A stretch of DNA of 64,000 nucleotides from Octopus sinensis (lineage: Eukaryota): positions 1,240,001 through 1,304,000 of the forward strand of contig NC_043009.1 in NCBI RefSeq assembly GCF_006345805.1. Reading direction: 5' to 3'. Positions 1 through 12,720 of this stretch are shown here, piece by piece. How positions within the stretch are numbered: the stretch's first letter is position 1; each line of letters opens with the position of its first letter. The position numbers and the translations under genes were made by a program. The notes beneath the pieces were generated by a model that saw only the letters and a program-made list of their open reading frames with translations, had not been told where the DNA came from and did no database searches.

Positions 1-25
1 AGAAAATAAATACAAGAGTTATTCT

Positions 26-158
26 TTCTGTTCCAAGGTTTTAGTTGGCTCAAGGGTTATAAAAGGCGGCACTTTCCCAAAGTGGCACACTGGGACTGAA
101 CCTGTGGCCACACAGTTGGAAAGCAAACTTATCAACCACAGAGCCATGCCTGCACCTA
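26..158 (-). mobile_element. SINE family A, 5' fragment (tRNA-like head)
   Basis: Reverse complement of the head seen intact at 45629 (TGGCTGTGTGG A-box-like, GGTTCAGTCCC B-box-like). Confidence 0.7.
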
Positions 159-1499
159 TGTACATATATAATAAATAAGATTACAAATATAGAATTAAAT
201 ATAAAAATGACTCAGAAATACATCTGCAAATAATTAAATGATATGTCACTATTTCTAATGAAGCCTCAAGCGACTTCTTGCACAACTTTGGCTGGGAACT
301 GGTAAACACTGCACTAAACCTAACACAATGAAGAGAGAAGATAAATTGTGCTGCAGTAGGTAACAGGGATGTAGAATAAATTACAAAACCGGGAATTAAG
401 CAGTTGTAGATAAATCTCACTTTTAATTGTGCTGAGGATACTATTAACTACTACAATTAAAACAACACCAATATCTAATTAGCTATTTGTGTGGGTTTTT
501 TTTACCTTTACCCATATCTGGTTTTTTAGTAAAAAACCCAAAATCCAGAAAATCCAGCCCTAAACTATTTTCTGAAAAATAAAAATTTCAAGTTAAAACA
601 AATAATTAATAACAAAAATGTAAGAAAGAAAAAAAATCTATAGAAAAATAGCTTAAAAGAAAAGGGAAGAAAAGAAACATTAAAGAAATGGGGAAAAGAA
701 GAGAGTGCAAATTCAAATCTTAAAAGCAATCAAGCACACACACACAGAATCAAACCCATTCAATTAATGTGAGTCATGATGGGCCTCTTAACATACCGAC
801 CCATTAATCACATCTCCTTCACATTCAGATACTAGTTATACTCCTGCTACTGTTCTTATCAATCCCACTCAAATAACGATCAGAATAACTCATTCCTCGC
901 CCACTCCAAGTCTTCAAGATCCTTTAGAAGTAACAAATAAGAGCAAAGAAAAAAAAAGAAAAAGAAAGAAGCTTTCGGCTATCTCGCTCGGGTCAGGTAA
1001 CCAAGCAAGTTTATCAAAAACCTTTTGTGTCTATACCTGACATGGAGAATGTGCAGAATGTAAGCCAGGCACTAACAATAATTCACATTTCTAGGCTGGA
1101 TTTATTCTTCTATATTTCTCTGCTTTTACAGGTGTGAGTCACTGGACTTTGGCCATGCTGGGGCACTGCTTTCAAAGGTTCTAAGTCAAACCATATGAAA
1201 GCCAGTACTTATTTAATTGTTAAACCTCTAAGTTACATGACGAAAAAGACAACAAAATCCAAAACACTGGTTTTTAGACCTGTGTAAACAAACAAAGACA
1301 TGGATGTGTGTATCCTTTTCTTAATGGCATGTCAACTTTGGAGGATTCTTGATTCTTAAGATTATCTCCCCTCCTCAAATGGAGCCGGTTTTAATAATCA
1401 TCTGGTAATAATGACACATCCTCCAGAGGCGGAGATAATTTTAATAAATCAAGAATTCATGTTGTATAGTTGCTTGAGAAGGCCTGTCAAGCCAAGCAT

Positions 1500-2178
1500 A
1501 ATTGTAGTCATGGCAATACCAGTGTCATGTAAAAAGCACCTTTCATGCATTGGGCCTCACGGGGGCAATGTGACTGATGCTAGTGTTGTGTAATTAGCAA
1601 ATAAAAAGCACCTTCTGTGTGTTGGGCCTCATGGAAGCAATGTGGCTGATACTGGGATCGTGTGACTAGCACGAAAAAAAGCACCTTCCATGCTTTGGGC
1701 GTCACGGAGGTAATGTAGCCAATGCAGGTGTTTCATAACTAGCACCCATGCTGGTGGCACATAAAAAGCCTCTTTTGCATGTTGGGTCTCATGGAGGTAA
1801 TTTGGCCAATGCTGGTGTCATGTAACTGGCACCTGTGCTGGTGGCTCATAAAAAGCACCTTTCGAATGCTGGGCCCCACGGAGGCAAGGACAAATGACTG
1901 AGAACCTTGGCATTATGCTGTGCCTCAGTAGAAGACCCATCAAGCCAAGTGGAATCATAGTTGTGGCAGACACTGGTGTCACACAATTGGCACCTGTGCC
2001 AGTGGCATGTAAATGCACCCATTACACTTTCAGAGTGGTTGGCATTAGGAAGGGCATCCAACCATAGAAACCATACCAAATCAAACTGCAGTTTGGTACA
2101 GTCCCCTCAGCTTACCAGCCCTGGTCAAACATCCAACCCATGCCAGCATGGACAATGGATGTTAAATGATGATGATAG
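1500..2178 (+). mobile_element. RTE-type 3'-end retroposon (family C) with ~5 internal tandem units of ~72-88 bp
   Basis: Repeated aaaaagcacc...tgggcctca(c/t)ggagg..aatgt units, then ggcattaggaagggcatcca and a (GAT)n tail. Confidence 0.8.
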
Positions 2179-4315
2179 TATTTGATATACCTGTATTTAT
2201 CTATGCTGTCCAAGTACATGCCACAGGCCACTGAGTAATTTCTCTTAGCTCATTTTTGCTTATATATCAATATCTGTTTGTCTGTCTATATATGATGAGC
2301 TTCTGCGACCAAATTCCATTCGTATCATCATCATTTAACGTCTGTTTTCCAAGCTGGCAAGAGTTGGACAGCTTGACAGGAACTAGCAAAGCCAGGAGCT
2401 GCACCAAATTCCATAGCCTGTTTTAGCTTGATTTCTACAGCTGGATGCCCTTCCTAATGCCAACCACTCTACAGAGTCTACGGGTACTTTTTACATAGCA
2501 CCAACACCAAAGCATTTTATGTGGTACCTTGGTTTTAGGATATCAATTCACATGATATTAGTAAATTCAAAGCTGTAGCACAAGACACTTTTTCAAGGTG
2601 CCATGAAGTTGCAAAGTGAATTTCTTAGCCACAAAGTTTGAAATTTATTTTCTTTCTAAGACACTAAAAGGTAGAAATAACTGAATCAACTGCACCCCCT
2701 GCCCCTCATTCCCTTACAATTTCTCCCCCGTCTTATGCTGTGGGTGAGTAAGTGGGAATAGAAATAGTAAATGATGGAGAGGTTAAAAAGAAAACTTTTC
2801 CTAAAATCAAAATAAGTTTAAATTGAAACAAGTTATACCTCTCACCGGCATAAATAGAAATAAAAGTAGTTATTCAAACACACCATCCCCTACTACAAAA
2901 GCTATTACAAAAGAGAGATATTTTTCATAATATATGGCAGGATAAGAAATTAAAGAATTTTAAAGAAAAAGATGCATAGAATACATTATATTTATTTATT
3001 TTTTTTTTGTTTACTTATTATGAAGTTTATAAAATAGTTATAACAACAGCTAAACGTAACCACAGAGGGAATTGATAGATGGGAAGTCGGTGACAATGAA
3101 GAATGATACAATGGATTTTGCTTTTCATAAATGACAAGGTCTAGAGAAGAAGGGAGAGACAAAGAAAGGATGAAAGAGAAAAAATCTGATCCTAGGATTC
3201 GAACACACAAAAGTCGACACATAAAGTCCCTAACCATGCAAAAAAGCTTTCCAACTTTGGCACAAGGTCACCAATTTTGGCAGAGTAGAGGAATCAATGA
3301 ATTAACCCTGTAAAAGACTAGACACAAAGCAAAGTAGAAGACTTCAATGTGATTTGAAACCCGAATGTAGAGAGATGTAAGTAAATGGTGCAAAGATTTT
3401 AGTCCAACACTACCGTACCAGCCATTTCACTGCCCTAAATATACAAATACCCTAAATTATGTCTATGGTATGTTTCTTACAAATAAGAAATAATCCTTAC
3501 TCTGTTATCCCTCGGCCACTCTGTCTTTGTGTGATATATATTTTCAGTTATGGTAGAATTAAAAACGAATCATACATGGGGTGTAAGATTTGAAACCTAT
3601 TCTCATTGTCTGATGAACCATAAAGTGATAAAAACCACAGTCGACAAAGATATAGCATTTAAATACAGCTAGTTTTACTTTTCTTTTGATAGTGTTTCCA
3701 GCCTGAGCAAAATTTCTCAAACCTTCCTGCATGGATGCACACACACAAACACAGAGCTAAGTCACCAAACAACAAGAGCAATACATTATAATGTTTCTAA
3801 ACCAACTCCTGTTCTCATGTCAAAAGCAATACATGGCACAGTGAGTGTAACATATCTGGAATGCTGGTCAGGTGGGTTTACTTGATCAGCAACCTCACAG
3901 CCCGTTTACAAATGCTTGAAGAGGATAGGCTGAAGCTACTCAACGTCAGATAACAGCAGCAAAAAAATTACTTTGCGAATCCGCAGTTGCATTTAGTGGA
4001 ACAGTTTGTTGTTGTGATATTTAGCAATCAATCAAGTTGTTGAGATGTGAAACAAAACAAACATAGAAGTAATCTTAAGGGTGAGTGTCCAAGTGTCTAT
4101 CCGCACTACTGGGGTCAAGAATAGACTTCAGAAAAACCAAAAATTTTGTTCTGGATTGAAGATCCAGACTTAATGTACAACTGATTTAGATTTACAGCTA
4201 ATTCTATGCTGTCCCATTGTTGAGGGATTAAGTGTAGGAAATAAGAAAGAGGTCCAGAAAACCAAATTCTCTCACAAATATCATACCATCCATGGCAGCA
4301 ATGAAAAACTGAATT

Positions 4316-4672
4316 TTTTTAGCTTTTACTGCTTTCAGTCATTGGATTGTGACCAATCTGGGGGCACTGTCTTGAAGGCTGTAGTCAAAGAAACCAATCT
4401 CAGTACTTATTGTAAGTCTGGTATTCATTCCATCAGTCTCTTCTAGACTGCTAAGTTATGAGAATGAAAACAAACCAACATTTGTCAAGTACTGGTGGGA
4501 GGACAAACACACACACACACACAGAAGTTTCCACATAGTTTTCATTTACCATGTCCACTCAAAAGGCATTGGTTGGCCGGGGGTTATAGAAGACACTTGC
4601 CCAAGGTACTGTGCTTTGGGGATGAACCCAAAACCATGTGGTTGAAAAGCTAGCTTCTTAACCACAAGCAAG
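4316..4672 (-). mobile_element. SINE family A, near full length, diverged
   Basis: Head, central gcaccttgggcaagtgtcttct block, internal (CA)n and tail gactgaaa..gtaaaag are all present. Confidence 0.8.
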
Positions 4673-4982
4673 GATGATATCCAAGTTTTGCGTAGGTGGA
4701 ATAAATTTCGTGTCTTTCCCAAAAATATCATCATCATCAGCACTACCATTAGCACTAAAGCATAACACACACACACACACACATTACAGTAAATAGTTCT
4801 TATCTGTCTGTGTTTCCAGTTCAAATCTCACTGGAGTTAACTGGCTTTCATCCTTTCAGTCAATAAAATAAATACTATTCATACACTGAACCCTCCTCCT
4901 TCCTCCCTACACATTTCTGGCCTTGTGCCAATATGAGAAATTATTATAAAAGCTGTCACAACATTGAAAACCGAGTCTCAGG

Positions 4983-5079
4983 AATTGCTTCTCCGATATT
5001 CCCAAATTGCTTCTCCGATATTCCCAAATTGCTTCTCCGATATTCCCAAATTGCTTCTCCGATATTCCCAAATTGCTTC
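4983..5079 (+). repeat. Perfect 22-bp tandem repeat, 4.4 copies
   Basis: AATTGCTTCTCCGATATTCCCA x4 plus AATTGCTTC. Confidence 0.97.
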
Positions 5080-5204
5080 CACCCTGAAATGTTCTCTAGA
5101 TTTTGTTAAGCTTCACGAGGTACAACACTTTGCTGGAATATGAATGACATTGCAAGTGAGAGACGGCTACAGTCTTCAGAACTTTGGATAAAACACAGAT
5201 ATTG

Positions 5205-5372
5205 TGGAGACATATATATGGCTTAGTGGTTTAGGGTGTTGGACTCGTGAGTGTAAGATTGTGGTTTCAATTTCTGGACCAAGGAAAACATTTTTTTTTT
5301 TGTTAAGCCAACCCACTCAGCTGATAAAAATGAGTAATCCTGCGATAGACTGGAGTCCCATCCAAGAAGGAA
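5205..5372 (+). mobile_element. Short SINE with family E head and a third tail (cctgcgatagactggagtcccatccaag)
   Basis: Head ggcttagtggttagggtgttggactc; remnant cactcagctgataaaaatgagta block. Confidence 0.65.
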
Positions 5373-5389
5373 GGAAGGAAGGAATACAT

Positions 5390-5427
<38 letters not shown>

Positions 5428-5720
5428 GCCAGAGAATTTGGGAAATTGGCTCTATGCTCCTTACAGAGTGATGCGGACTAGTCTAGAAATATTCCAACTT
5501 CCAAATTATTTGCAAAGACTATATTACCACATTATAATGGCTTGCCTCTCATGATATAAAACCACCACCACTACTACTACTACTGTCTACTCTCACTTAA
5601 CTCCCAGGGCACACATATCAGGTCAGATCAGTTGAATACACAACATATGTCAGTTTGTAAAGTACTACAACACCTAACTTCTCATGAAACCCAACAGTGT
5701 TAACCTTTACTTCTTTACCT

Positions 5721-5784
5721 CCACCACCACCACCACCACCACCACCACCACCACCACCACCACCACCACCACCACCACCACCAC
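5721..5784 (+). repeat. (CCA)n microsatellite
   Basis: Direct read; explains the poly-P, poly-T and poly-G ORFs in the track. Confidence 0.97.
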
Positions 5785-6239
5785 ATCCACATCCATCTGT
5801 AACATTGATTACTTTCAAAATTTTATTGTTGATCAGATCAATTTTCCATTCAACAACAATGCACAGACTATATAGTTGCTCAGTTCCAGGTCAGCTCAGC
5901 TCTCACTGAGCAAACTTACGATCAAAATACGTTCCAGCCTCGACTATCACATCTTATTTTCAGTGTAGCTAAAGCATGGTGTGATTTGAGAGAAATTCAG
6001 CTTTTATATCTAACGGGTTGAGCAATAAACTTGGTAGTTTTCTTTGTTAGTACTAGTTTGAAGTTTTAGCATTTCATCTGGCCATATCTGGCCCAAATAT
6101 CCTGCCTGTTTTGTGTTAAAACTGACCAGATCCAACATCTTGCACCTACCCTACAATGTCACTCTAAAAATATACAAACACAACATTGAAATTTTGAAGC
6201 TTCCAGCTAATGTGTAATTAATTCAAAACAATGTGAACC

Positions 6240-6600
6240 AGTGGTAAGAAGCTTTGCTTCCCAATGACATGGTTCTGATTTCAGTCCTATTGCGTGGCAC
6301 CTTGGGCAAGTGTCTTCTACTATAGCCTTGGGCCAACCAAAACCTTGTGAGTGGATTTGGAAGACAGAAACTGAAAGAAGCCCATCGTATATAGCTGTGT
6401 GTGTGTGTCTATGTGTATCCCTCCACCATCACTTGACAACCGATGTTGGCGTGTTTACATCCCCGTAACTTAGTGGTTTGGCAAAAGAGGTTGATAGAAT
6501 AAGTCCTGGGGTCAATTTCTTTGATTAAAAAATCCTTTAAGACTGTTCTCCAACATGGCTGCAGTCAAATGACTGAAACAAATAAAAGAGTAAAAAAATA
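6240..6600 (+). mobile_element. SINE family A nested in a TTAA-type MITE
   Basis: Family A body. The flanks 6062-6238 and 6604-6636 match the two parts of the MITE at 45510-46099. Confidence 0.8.
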
Positions 6601-6771
6601 ATAGATTTGACAAAGAAATCTGAATTGTAAAGTTGTAAAGCCCATCAGGTTGTAGAGGTGATTGGTTATTAGACTGCCACAATCATTCTCTGTCACTCAA
6701 CACTGCATTATGATAGTAGTGAAAAAATTTAAGTCTCAAGAAATCCACCCAGTTTGCGTCATTTTATCTGT

Positions 6772-7110
6772 GAAGGTGCATAGTTCAATGGTTAGAGTAT
6801 TGGACTCACAATCATGAGGTAGCAAGTTCGATTCCCCGATCAGGCAGTGTGCTGTGTTCTTGAGCAAGATGCTATATTTCACGTTGCTCCAGTTCACTCA
6901 GCTGTAGAAACGAGTTGCAACGTCACTCGTGCCAAGCTGTACTGGCCTTTGCCTTTCCCTTGGATAACATTGGTGGCGTGGAGAGAGGAGGCCGGTATAC
7001 ATGGGCAACTACTGGTCTTCCATAAATAACCTTGCCTGTACTTGTACCTTGGAGACATTTCTAGGTGCAATCCCATGGTCATTCATGACCAAAGGAGGTC
7101 TATTACCCTT
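6772..7110 (+). mobile_element. tRNA-derived SINE family E, tail type 1
   Basis: A/B boxes (tagttcaatgg, ggttcgattcc-like agttcgattcc), central cttgagcaaga...ttgctccagttcactcagctg block. Tail shared with 50445-50788. Confidence 0.85.
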
Positions 7111-9154
7111 TATATGGATATTACAAAGTAGGAAGAGCCCACAGCTTAAAGCAGCAACACTGCTACAGTGACAAGTGTTTCATTCATAATGCAACTTATG
7201 TGAAAATAGCTTGGAGAAGAATGATCTCAATTAAGCTAACTTTTCCTAGGGAGAAAATACAAAGACCAAATCTTCAGTGATGTCTCACAACCCAGTAAAT
7301 TATAGGACTCACCAACAAGATGAGAGGAGCAAAGAAAATGAACTCTGCTTTGTAGAGGTAATTTGGTGATTGTAGTAAAGATTGTAATATTAGACCAGGT
7401 TTAGAGTAAACTGGATTTGTTTTGTTTTCTTTTTCATAGATGCAAGGCCACAGTTTATGAGAAGAGATGAAATGAATGGCTGTCCATGTAATGTGAACAA
7501 GGAAAAGGTTCTCAGTTATAGACTTAGGTTTACCAGAAACTGGGCATAAATGGCCAAGCCTACTTTAGTTAATCACGAACCTCTATAGGAAAACAAAACT
7601 AAATTCAGCATCGCAGTATTATTTTAGAATCTGGAGAGGAAGGAATTTATGACAGTTTGTTAATTGAGAACTAGGTGTGTTGTTTAATTGTAAGAGCACA
7701 GCAGAGAAAGGAAGACGGGAGGAGTAGAAATAGAGAGAGTGGGTAAGATATGAATGATGGACCAGACAGAAATGGGGAGTGGAAATACATTCTTGAATCA
7801 GAATAAAATATAGACAGATATATAAAAATGCCAGATCTTGATTGACCTCAGATTTAAATAACCCAGATTAAAGAAAATATAAACACATTTCATTTTGAGG
7901 GAAGATATTTTTTTTTATCACAGCTAATTTGAATTCTTTTCAGATAAGAACAAACAACATTTCAGTATATTTGTTAATTTATTTTGCTATATTTATTTGT
8001 AACAATATCTAGTTTCTTTTATTGTTTTGCCTTTTTTTTTTTAAAAAAGGAAATATACATCCTCACATAGGATTAATATTATTAGTAGTGGCAACAATAG
8101 TAATAGTGCTACAGGTGTTTCAATGAATATTTAAGATTGCACTAGCGGCCAGTACTTAAGCAATATGGCTAAGGCAGCATTAGATGAGGGTTGACTGGTG
8201 AAGGGTCGGATAAGGACTGGACATATAAACTGATTTTTTGCCATCAGTCATGGGATGAGCATAATACCAACATCTCTTCACCAGACAGAGTCCAGAACAA
8301 CCAATAAGCCCCCTACAATGACCACCACAATGCCAATTATGAAGTTTGAATCTTAAATCATCGAAACAGTTAAGGAATTTGACTCCAATGAGCTAGAACC
8401 AGTCACAAGTTGTAAACAAGTCTCCATCACTCCCAGGGGGTACACAAATCCAGATTTTACAGAAAAAGTAACGAATAAAAACACTTAACTACTAGTAGAA
8501 AAGAAAAAAATAATCAATCAGCTTATTACAATGGAATGAACACAATCCCCAGACACCCAAAATCAGTTGCTGAATTCAGATTTCTTGGTTCAGGAGTTAA
8601 AACTACTAAAACTTTATCTGAATCTTTGATCAGTAATGTTCCTTCTAAGCTAAGCAGATGCAACAGATATACCATCTATCAATGCACACAAATTTAAATA
8701 GATTTGTTTGTAAAACAGGTTCCATGCATCTTTAAAACACGTCACAATCTGTTATATTTGCATTTCAATGCAGGTAACATTTAAGAGATACATGTCAAAA
8801 ATTATCATTATATCACCCAAGTTAACCTATAGTTGCAACTTCATCATGAACATATTTAGTCGTTTGGCAGGGAAAATGTGCATAGAAACAATTTAAAACA
8901 TGATCAGTACATAAGATAAATAGTACAAAGAATATGCAAAGTGTAAAGCTAAAAGATACAGAAGAAAAATAAAGATGTAAAAATGCTAATTCCTTATTCA
9001 GTTATTTATTTTTATTTTTTATTTTATCTAGTTTCAGCTCAGGAGCTGTGGCCATGCTGGGGCACTGTTTCTTATTTCACATCACTTTTCCGTGTAATTA
9101 CTGTAGTTACTTAAGCAGATCGTTAACTCAATTTGATAAATGAAATTAACTTAC

Positions 9155-9203
9155 TTTTATCTTTAATCTGCTTCGAAATTCTTTTTTCCAATGAAAGCCA
9201 TTG
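9155..9203 (-). CDS. EPB41: Next coding exon (49 nt, phase 0-1) of the same FERM gene: QWLSLEKRISKQIKDK+A
   Basis: attattttctatttcag|CAA TGG CTT TCA TTG GAA AAA AGA ATT TCG AAG CAG ATT AAA GAT AAA A|gtaagt. Matches the FERM xWLxxxKxIxKQI motif (cf. TWLDSAKEIKKQVR) and joins in frame to the 48125-48235 exon. Confidence 0.88.
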
Positions 9204-10122
9204 CTGAAATAGAAAATAATTATAAACATGACTTAGTTACAAAAAAACATCATTACAGATTTCTTTTGACGAGGTATTAAAGCAGAGAAGAACTATAAGT
9301 AATTTTACTTTGGTACATTTGACTTACTTTGCTGTGAAGTAGATAGACCCAGTGGCGAGTCTGATCCAAGACCAGTACACCCACCAAAGAGGCCGTAGAA
9401 AATCCAGTCCACTGGAAACCACCTTTGAAATCACCTTCAAAATATGATCCTTCAACCGACTGGTAATGGCTTGCAAACTGACACACTACAACCTCCATCC
9501 TGTAGATGTTCAGCACTACCAATCCCCCCCCCCCATTAACCCCGAGACTGCAGAATGTCAACCCTCTAGAATTCCCTGGCTACTGATGTTTTCTTCCTTT
9601 TTTTTTTAACTCCTTCTTTCCTACAGGCATTAACACATATACATTTAAGCCAGGCATCCATCGCACCAATCTAGGAAAATCTGCAAAGTTCATGGGCACT
9701 GTCTCTTCTTCCTGACAAAAGCATCAATAAATAAATGGAATGAAGGAATAAAAAAAAAAATGCTTGTAATTTAAACCATTCTTTGATCTTGGTACACTCA
9801 AACACACTTTGTAAAAATTTAATTATTTTTATTCTAATCAGAGAACATTTATTTTATTTCATCTAATTTGATTAACTTTTTCTTTTATGCATTTGTACAA
9901 AGCCACATGCACCCAACTAAATCAAATCCAGTCCATTTGGCAGGCATTTTGGTTTTATTGACCCCTGATGGAAAAAAGGTTAAGTCTTCAGCCCAACATG
10001 ATGTGAACTTAAAAGTTGTGGAATTTAACTAAATATGCAAGGCATTTTGTCAATCACTCAAGAAATTCTGCCATTCTACCAACCAATAACAACAACAGTA
10101 GTAGTAGTAGTAATAGTAATGA

Positions 10123-11087
10123 TAATGGTTTCATATTTTCCCCCAAGGGCAGCAATTTTGAGGGAGGGGATAAACTGATTCCCTCAATGTTCAACTGGTA
10201 CTTATTTTATTGATCCCGAAAGGATGAAAGGCAAACTCAACTTCAGTGGAATTTGAACTCAGAACATGCAGACGGACGAAATGGCATTAAGCATTTCATC
10301 CACTGCACTAACGACTCTCCGAGCTCGTTATGACAAAATAATAATAATAATAATTCTTTCTACCACAGGTACAAGGCCTGAAATTGGGGGTGGGGTGGGG
10401 GGCTTAGTCATCAACCCTTGTTTTCAAATCGTACTTATTTAATCAACCCCTCCCTGAAAGGACGAAGAGCAAAGTTAGCCTCAGCAGAATTTGAACTTAG
10501 AATGTAAAGAGAGACGTAATGCTTTGAAACATTTGGCCCAGTGCAATAACCATTCTGTCAGCTCGCTGACTTAATAAATAATGGTTTCAAATTTTGGCAC
10601 AAGGCCAGCAATTTCAAGGGGGAGGGATTAAGTTGATTGCATCAACCCTAATGCTCAACTGGTACTTGTTTTACTGACCCCCAAAAGGATGAAATCAAAG
10701 AAAGTTAACCTTGGTGGAGTTTCAACTCAGAATGCAAAGCTGGAAGAAATGCTGCTAAGCACTTTCTCTGGCGAATCGGACAATTCTGCCAGATTATCAC
10801 TATGATGATGATGATGATTTAAGCACAAAGTCAGCAATTTAGATGGGAGGTGGGTTAGCTGATACCCGGAATCTTAGACAAAGGCCCTGAAATCTAACAA
10901 AGGGGGTGTTTGTTGATTAAAGTAGACCCACTCCAGTATTTGGCCAGTTATATACTTTATCCCACCCCCAGTGAAGGGGTGAAAGGCAAAGTTGATTTTG
11001 GCATGATTTGAACTCATGATTTGAAGGAGCTGGAACAAATATAGTAAAACAGTTTGCCTGATGCTCTAACAATTCTGCCAAAAAACT
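10123..11087 (-). mobile_element. Train of four head-to-tail family B SINE copies
   Basis: Four colinear units (~10123-10335, 10355-10570, 10578-10800, 10817-11087), each with the ggatgaaaggcaaagt/atttgaactc block and separated by (TAA)n or (ATG)n. Confidence 0.8.
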
Positions 11088-11127
11088 TGCAAGTTGTGGT
11101 GGTTAGGAGTTTTTATACCTGTATCTT

Positions 11128-11315
11128 TATTTTTTTTTTTACTTGTTTCAGTCACTGGACTGCGGTCATGCTGCAGCAAAGCCTTGAATGGCTTAGTTGA
11201 ACAAATCAACTGCTAATATCTTTTCTAGTGGTCTCTTTTGCCAAACTACTAAATTATAGGGAATGTAAACAAACAAACATCAACTGTCAAGTAGTGGTGG
11301 AGGGGACAAGCACAA

Positions 11316-11350
<35 letters not shown>

Positions 11351-11514
11351 TTTGGAAGGCAAGCTTCTTACAGTTTCAGTCTAACAGACCTAACCACAAG
11401 GCATTCATTGGCCTAGGGCTATAGTAAAAGCTTGCCCATGGTGCCAAGCAGCGGGACTGAACCCAAGGTCACATGGTTGGGATACAAGCTTATTAACCAC
11501 ATAGTCACGCCTAC
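11128..11514 (-). mobile_element. SINE family A, full length
   Basis: Colinear with the other family A copies. Confidence 0.8.
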
Positions 11515-12202
11515 ACATTTCACTATTTTTCAACTTCTATTCAACAAATAAAGGGGGAAAAAAAACGTGCTAAACAGTACGTACTAAGTGGGCCGAGTAC
11601 TTGCAGGCCATGTTTGCGTTTGTAAGCTGAGTGTAAGTAACTGTTGTGCATATTACACACACACACACCTTTCATTGCCATCCCACACCAGTTCACTGTT
11701 TAATAAAGAGGTCACTATCAAGCCAGGCTTTTATCTGACTAATCCTCCTCAACTGTTAGGCTGGATGGAAATAATAGCTTATTCAGGTCACCCCCCTAAC
11801 CTCCACTACATGAATGGCAACTTGTTTTTCTTTTGCTTCTTTCCCAATATAACAATCAACCTAAAAATATTTGAGAAGGTTTGAGAAATGCTATAAAAAG
11901 ATAGCAGAGAAAAAGAAGATAAAACTATCTGCATAAACTAAGACTCTTGAATTAGAAATTAACGTGAGATTTGAGATTTCTGATATAAACTTTCTCAGAA
12001 GCTCAGAGAATCTCTCTTACACAGCCATAAACCAATTTATGGACGATTTTCATAGATTTTCTTTCATTTACTACAGGAAAAATAAAGCTGTTACTTTCCT
12101 AAGGCTACGTGTTATTGTGTACACAATTTGGAAACAATACCAAGTCAGTTTCTCATAAATAGTGTGTGTGTGTGTGTGTGTGTATATAGTCAATTCAAAT
12201 TA

Positions 12203-12578
12203 ATGTGTGGTAAGTAGCTTGCTTACCAACCACATGGTTCCGGGTTCAGTTCCACTGCGTGGCACCTTAGGTAAGTGTCTTCTATAGCCTCGGGCCAACC
12301 AAAACCTTGTGAGTGGATTTGGTAGATGGAAACTGATAGAAGCCCATCGTGTGTGTGTGAACGTATATGTGTGTGTGTCTGTGTTTGTGCCCCCCCCCTC
12401 CCAACATCGCTTGACAACCGATGCTGGTGTGTTTATGTGCCCGTCACTTAGCTGTTCGGCAAGAAAGACTGATGGAATAAGTACTAGGCTTACAAAGAAT
12501 AAGTCCTGGGGTTGATTTGCTTGACTAAAGGCGGTGCTCCAGCATGGCTGCAGTCAAATGAGTGAAACAAATAAAAAT
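12203..12578 (+). mobile_element. SINE family A, near full length, young
   Basis: Closely matches the copies at 45629 and 63775. Confidence 0.88.
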
Positions 12579-12720
12579 GTGAGGATGTGCACAAGAAATG
12601 TATTATCTTGACACTCAGTGAAAGAGAGTTTGAGGTTTCGAGCATAGCTCTTTGTTGGAAAGGAGAAAGGGAAAAGTCCAAAGATGGAGTAGAAATCACC
12701 AAGGCACACTTGTTACATTG
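12576..12720 (-). mobile_element. Probable Penelope-like terminal-repeat remnant with decayed hammerhead-like motif
   Basis: Minus strand 12660-12633 reads ttCCAACAAa-GAGC-TAT-GCTC-GAAAC. Stem II and GAAAC are intact. The first box can be read as CpG-decayed CCGACGA, which is itself non-canonical. Confidence 0.4.

Noticed and set aside
800-1040. ~80-codon ATG-less plus-strand frame, S/T/P-rich with KKRKRKK
   Set aside because: No acceptor or start codon; the basic patch comes from an A-rich tract.
4983-5079. CRISPR-like or iteron interpretation of the 22-bp repeat
   Set aside because: No spacers, no cas or rep genes, and a eukaryotic context.
5618-5909. Poly-G, poly-T and poly-P ORFs
   Set aside because: They are translations of the (CCA)n microsatellite.
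9328-9499. Exon-like open frame with AG/GTAAGT just upstream of the real exon
   Set aside because: Its only open frame starts in phase 1, incompatible with the phase 0 intron, and it has no FERM similarity.
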